64,000 bases of DNA from Dipteris shenzhenensis (taxonomy: Eukaryota), in assembly GCA_047967505.1 (NCBI GenBank), contig CM106538.1, one strand, 5' to 3'. Positions 62,300 to 64,000 of this stretch are shown here, piece after piece. Below the pieces are notes generated by a model, which saw nothing but the letters and a program-made list of their open reading frames with translations, searched no databases and had not been told where the DNA came from. How positions within the stretch are numbered: position 1 is the stretch's first letter; each line of letters starts with the position of its first letter. The translations under genes and the position numbers were made by a program.

Positions 62300-63200
62300 C
62301 TCCTTATTGACTTTGTGGGTCGCATCCATCCAGCAGCAGCAAAGGGAAAACAAGTGCTACATCATTGTGGCCACTGATTACTTTACTAAATGAGCTGAAG
62401 CTAAAGCAGTTAGAAAGGTAGATGCTAAAAGCACAACAAAATTCTTATACGAGAATGTGATCACCCGATTCGGATGCCCCATTGAAATTGTGTTGGATAG
62501 AGGCACGCATTTTGTCAATGAGGTTATCCAAGAACTCTTGTCTGGCTTTATGGTAATCCATAGAAAAAGCACACCCTACTACCCCCAAGGGAATGGACAT
62601 GATAATCTACCAACAAAATATTATCCTCACCAAGGTAGTAGAACCATAGCATTCTGATTGGGCAGAAAAACTAAATGCAACCTTATGGGCATACAAAACC
62701 ATAGTCAAGGTCAGTATATGGAATACACCTTTTCAATTGGTGTACAACTGTTGTTGTGAAGCTATGGTCCCACTAGAATTTGTAATACCATGCCTACCCA
62801 TAGCAGTTTAGGAACAAATGGGAGATCATGCATCCCTGAAGGAAAGACTCTATTAATTAGAGAAGCATACACAGACTAGATTAGTCGCCTACCATGCCAT
62901 AACAATAGAAAAATACAAAAGAAAGGCATGGTTTGATAGAAATATTAAAGCCAAAGACATCAAGGAAGGTGACCTGGTCTTGCTATACAATGCCAAAGTC
63001 AACAAGGAAAAAATCAAGTATCTAGGTCAAGGACCCTATTGAGTAAGAAAAATGAATCCCATCAGAGCTATGCTACTAGAAACATTGGATGGAGTCCAAC
63101 TCAACACAACCATAAACGGGAGTCAATTGAATTGCTGCTACATCAACATGCAAGCCATCCCCGACAAAAATGAAGATTTGGGAACCCCAACTCTTCCTTA
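62300..63200 (+). mobile_element. Degenerate Gypsy integrase core and C-terminus
   Basis: YIIVATDYFTK, ITRFGCPIEIVLDRGTHF, STPYYPQGNG and GPY motifs. Confidence 0.85.
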
Positions 63201-64000
63201 GTTAGTATTAGATTATATCATGAGCACTCACTTGCATATGTACGTCTTCACTCATATAGGTAGCATCAACCAATTTCAACCTAGGGTTCAAAAGTGATGC
63301 CTCAATACTAGCTGCCCTATGAAATCCCAAAAATAACAAAAAAAGCATATAGTTAGTCCCTACCTAGTTACTAGGTCATGTGTACTCACACGCTTTCGCT
63401 TAGACACATAGTCAATTGCATGAATAATTGTGCTACACACTTTCATTCCACACTCTCAAAGCATGTGTAACAAAAAATCTCTCACAATACACACTCACAA
63501 GTGTTATACCTACATACCACAACTAATCTAATGATTAATGGTACACCATATAAACATGGATGCAGGTTTAGAAACAATTCCACCACTAAAGAGGATGCGA
63601 AGAAAGAGCCCACCGCCCCAGCCCCATGAGACCTCCTCAAGAGTTCACAGTAGCCGTGTACCTCCTCTCAACCAAGGTGACCATAGGCATTTGTGGTTCA
63701 GAGTGATAGCTTTAATGAGGATTCTGTGCATGACATGGAAACACAAGAAGTATAAATGCCACCCCAATCACCACCGACCTACACAACCATTGATGGGGCC
63801 CGATCCTTGGAGCTTGTGTGGCCTTCTACATCGACTTATGCTCTTTCTAATGCAACAACATCTTTCTTAGAGCAAAGGGGTCTAGGCAATTTGTATGAGA
63901 GCCTAAAATCCTTGGAGGATAGCTTACAATGACCAAATACATCAGGGACTTTCTCCATTCTTACCACTCTAGCGATGCATAGGTTGGCAAGTACGGCACC

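Overview
Repeat-rich land-plant nuclear DNA; giant TE-filled introns and the mix of element types suggest a fern or similar large-genome non-flowering plant (inference only). The one host gene is an E2F transcription factor (E2FA/B-like) on the minus strand. Nine coding exons can be spliced in frame (25153-25422, then 5082 down to 3280). Its first coding intron is about 20 kb and packed with retroelements, and its 3' exons lie outside the window. The rest is nested retrotransposons: L1 and other LINE remnants, a chromoviral Gypsy, two solo LTRs, a gag-only LTR element, several Copia elements and degenerate Gypsy pol regions. One Copia is a very young insertion (49666-55125) with apparently identical LTRs but a frameshifting ~28-bp deletion. 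The most unusual observation is two copies of a ~690-bp non-coding element (17483-18170, 22976-23665). It has 130-bp direct terminal repeats, long 13-17-bp target-site duplications, no TG..CA ends, no PBS/PPT and no poly(A), and a hairpin-rich interior. It does not fit TRIM, SINE, MITE or DIRS definitions and may be an undescribed non-autonomous retroelement (Penelope-like or circular-RNA/retrozyme-like).
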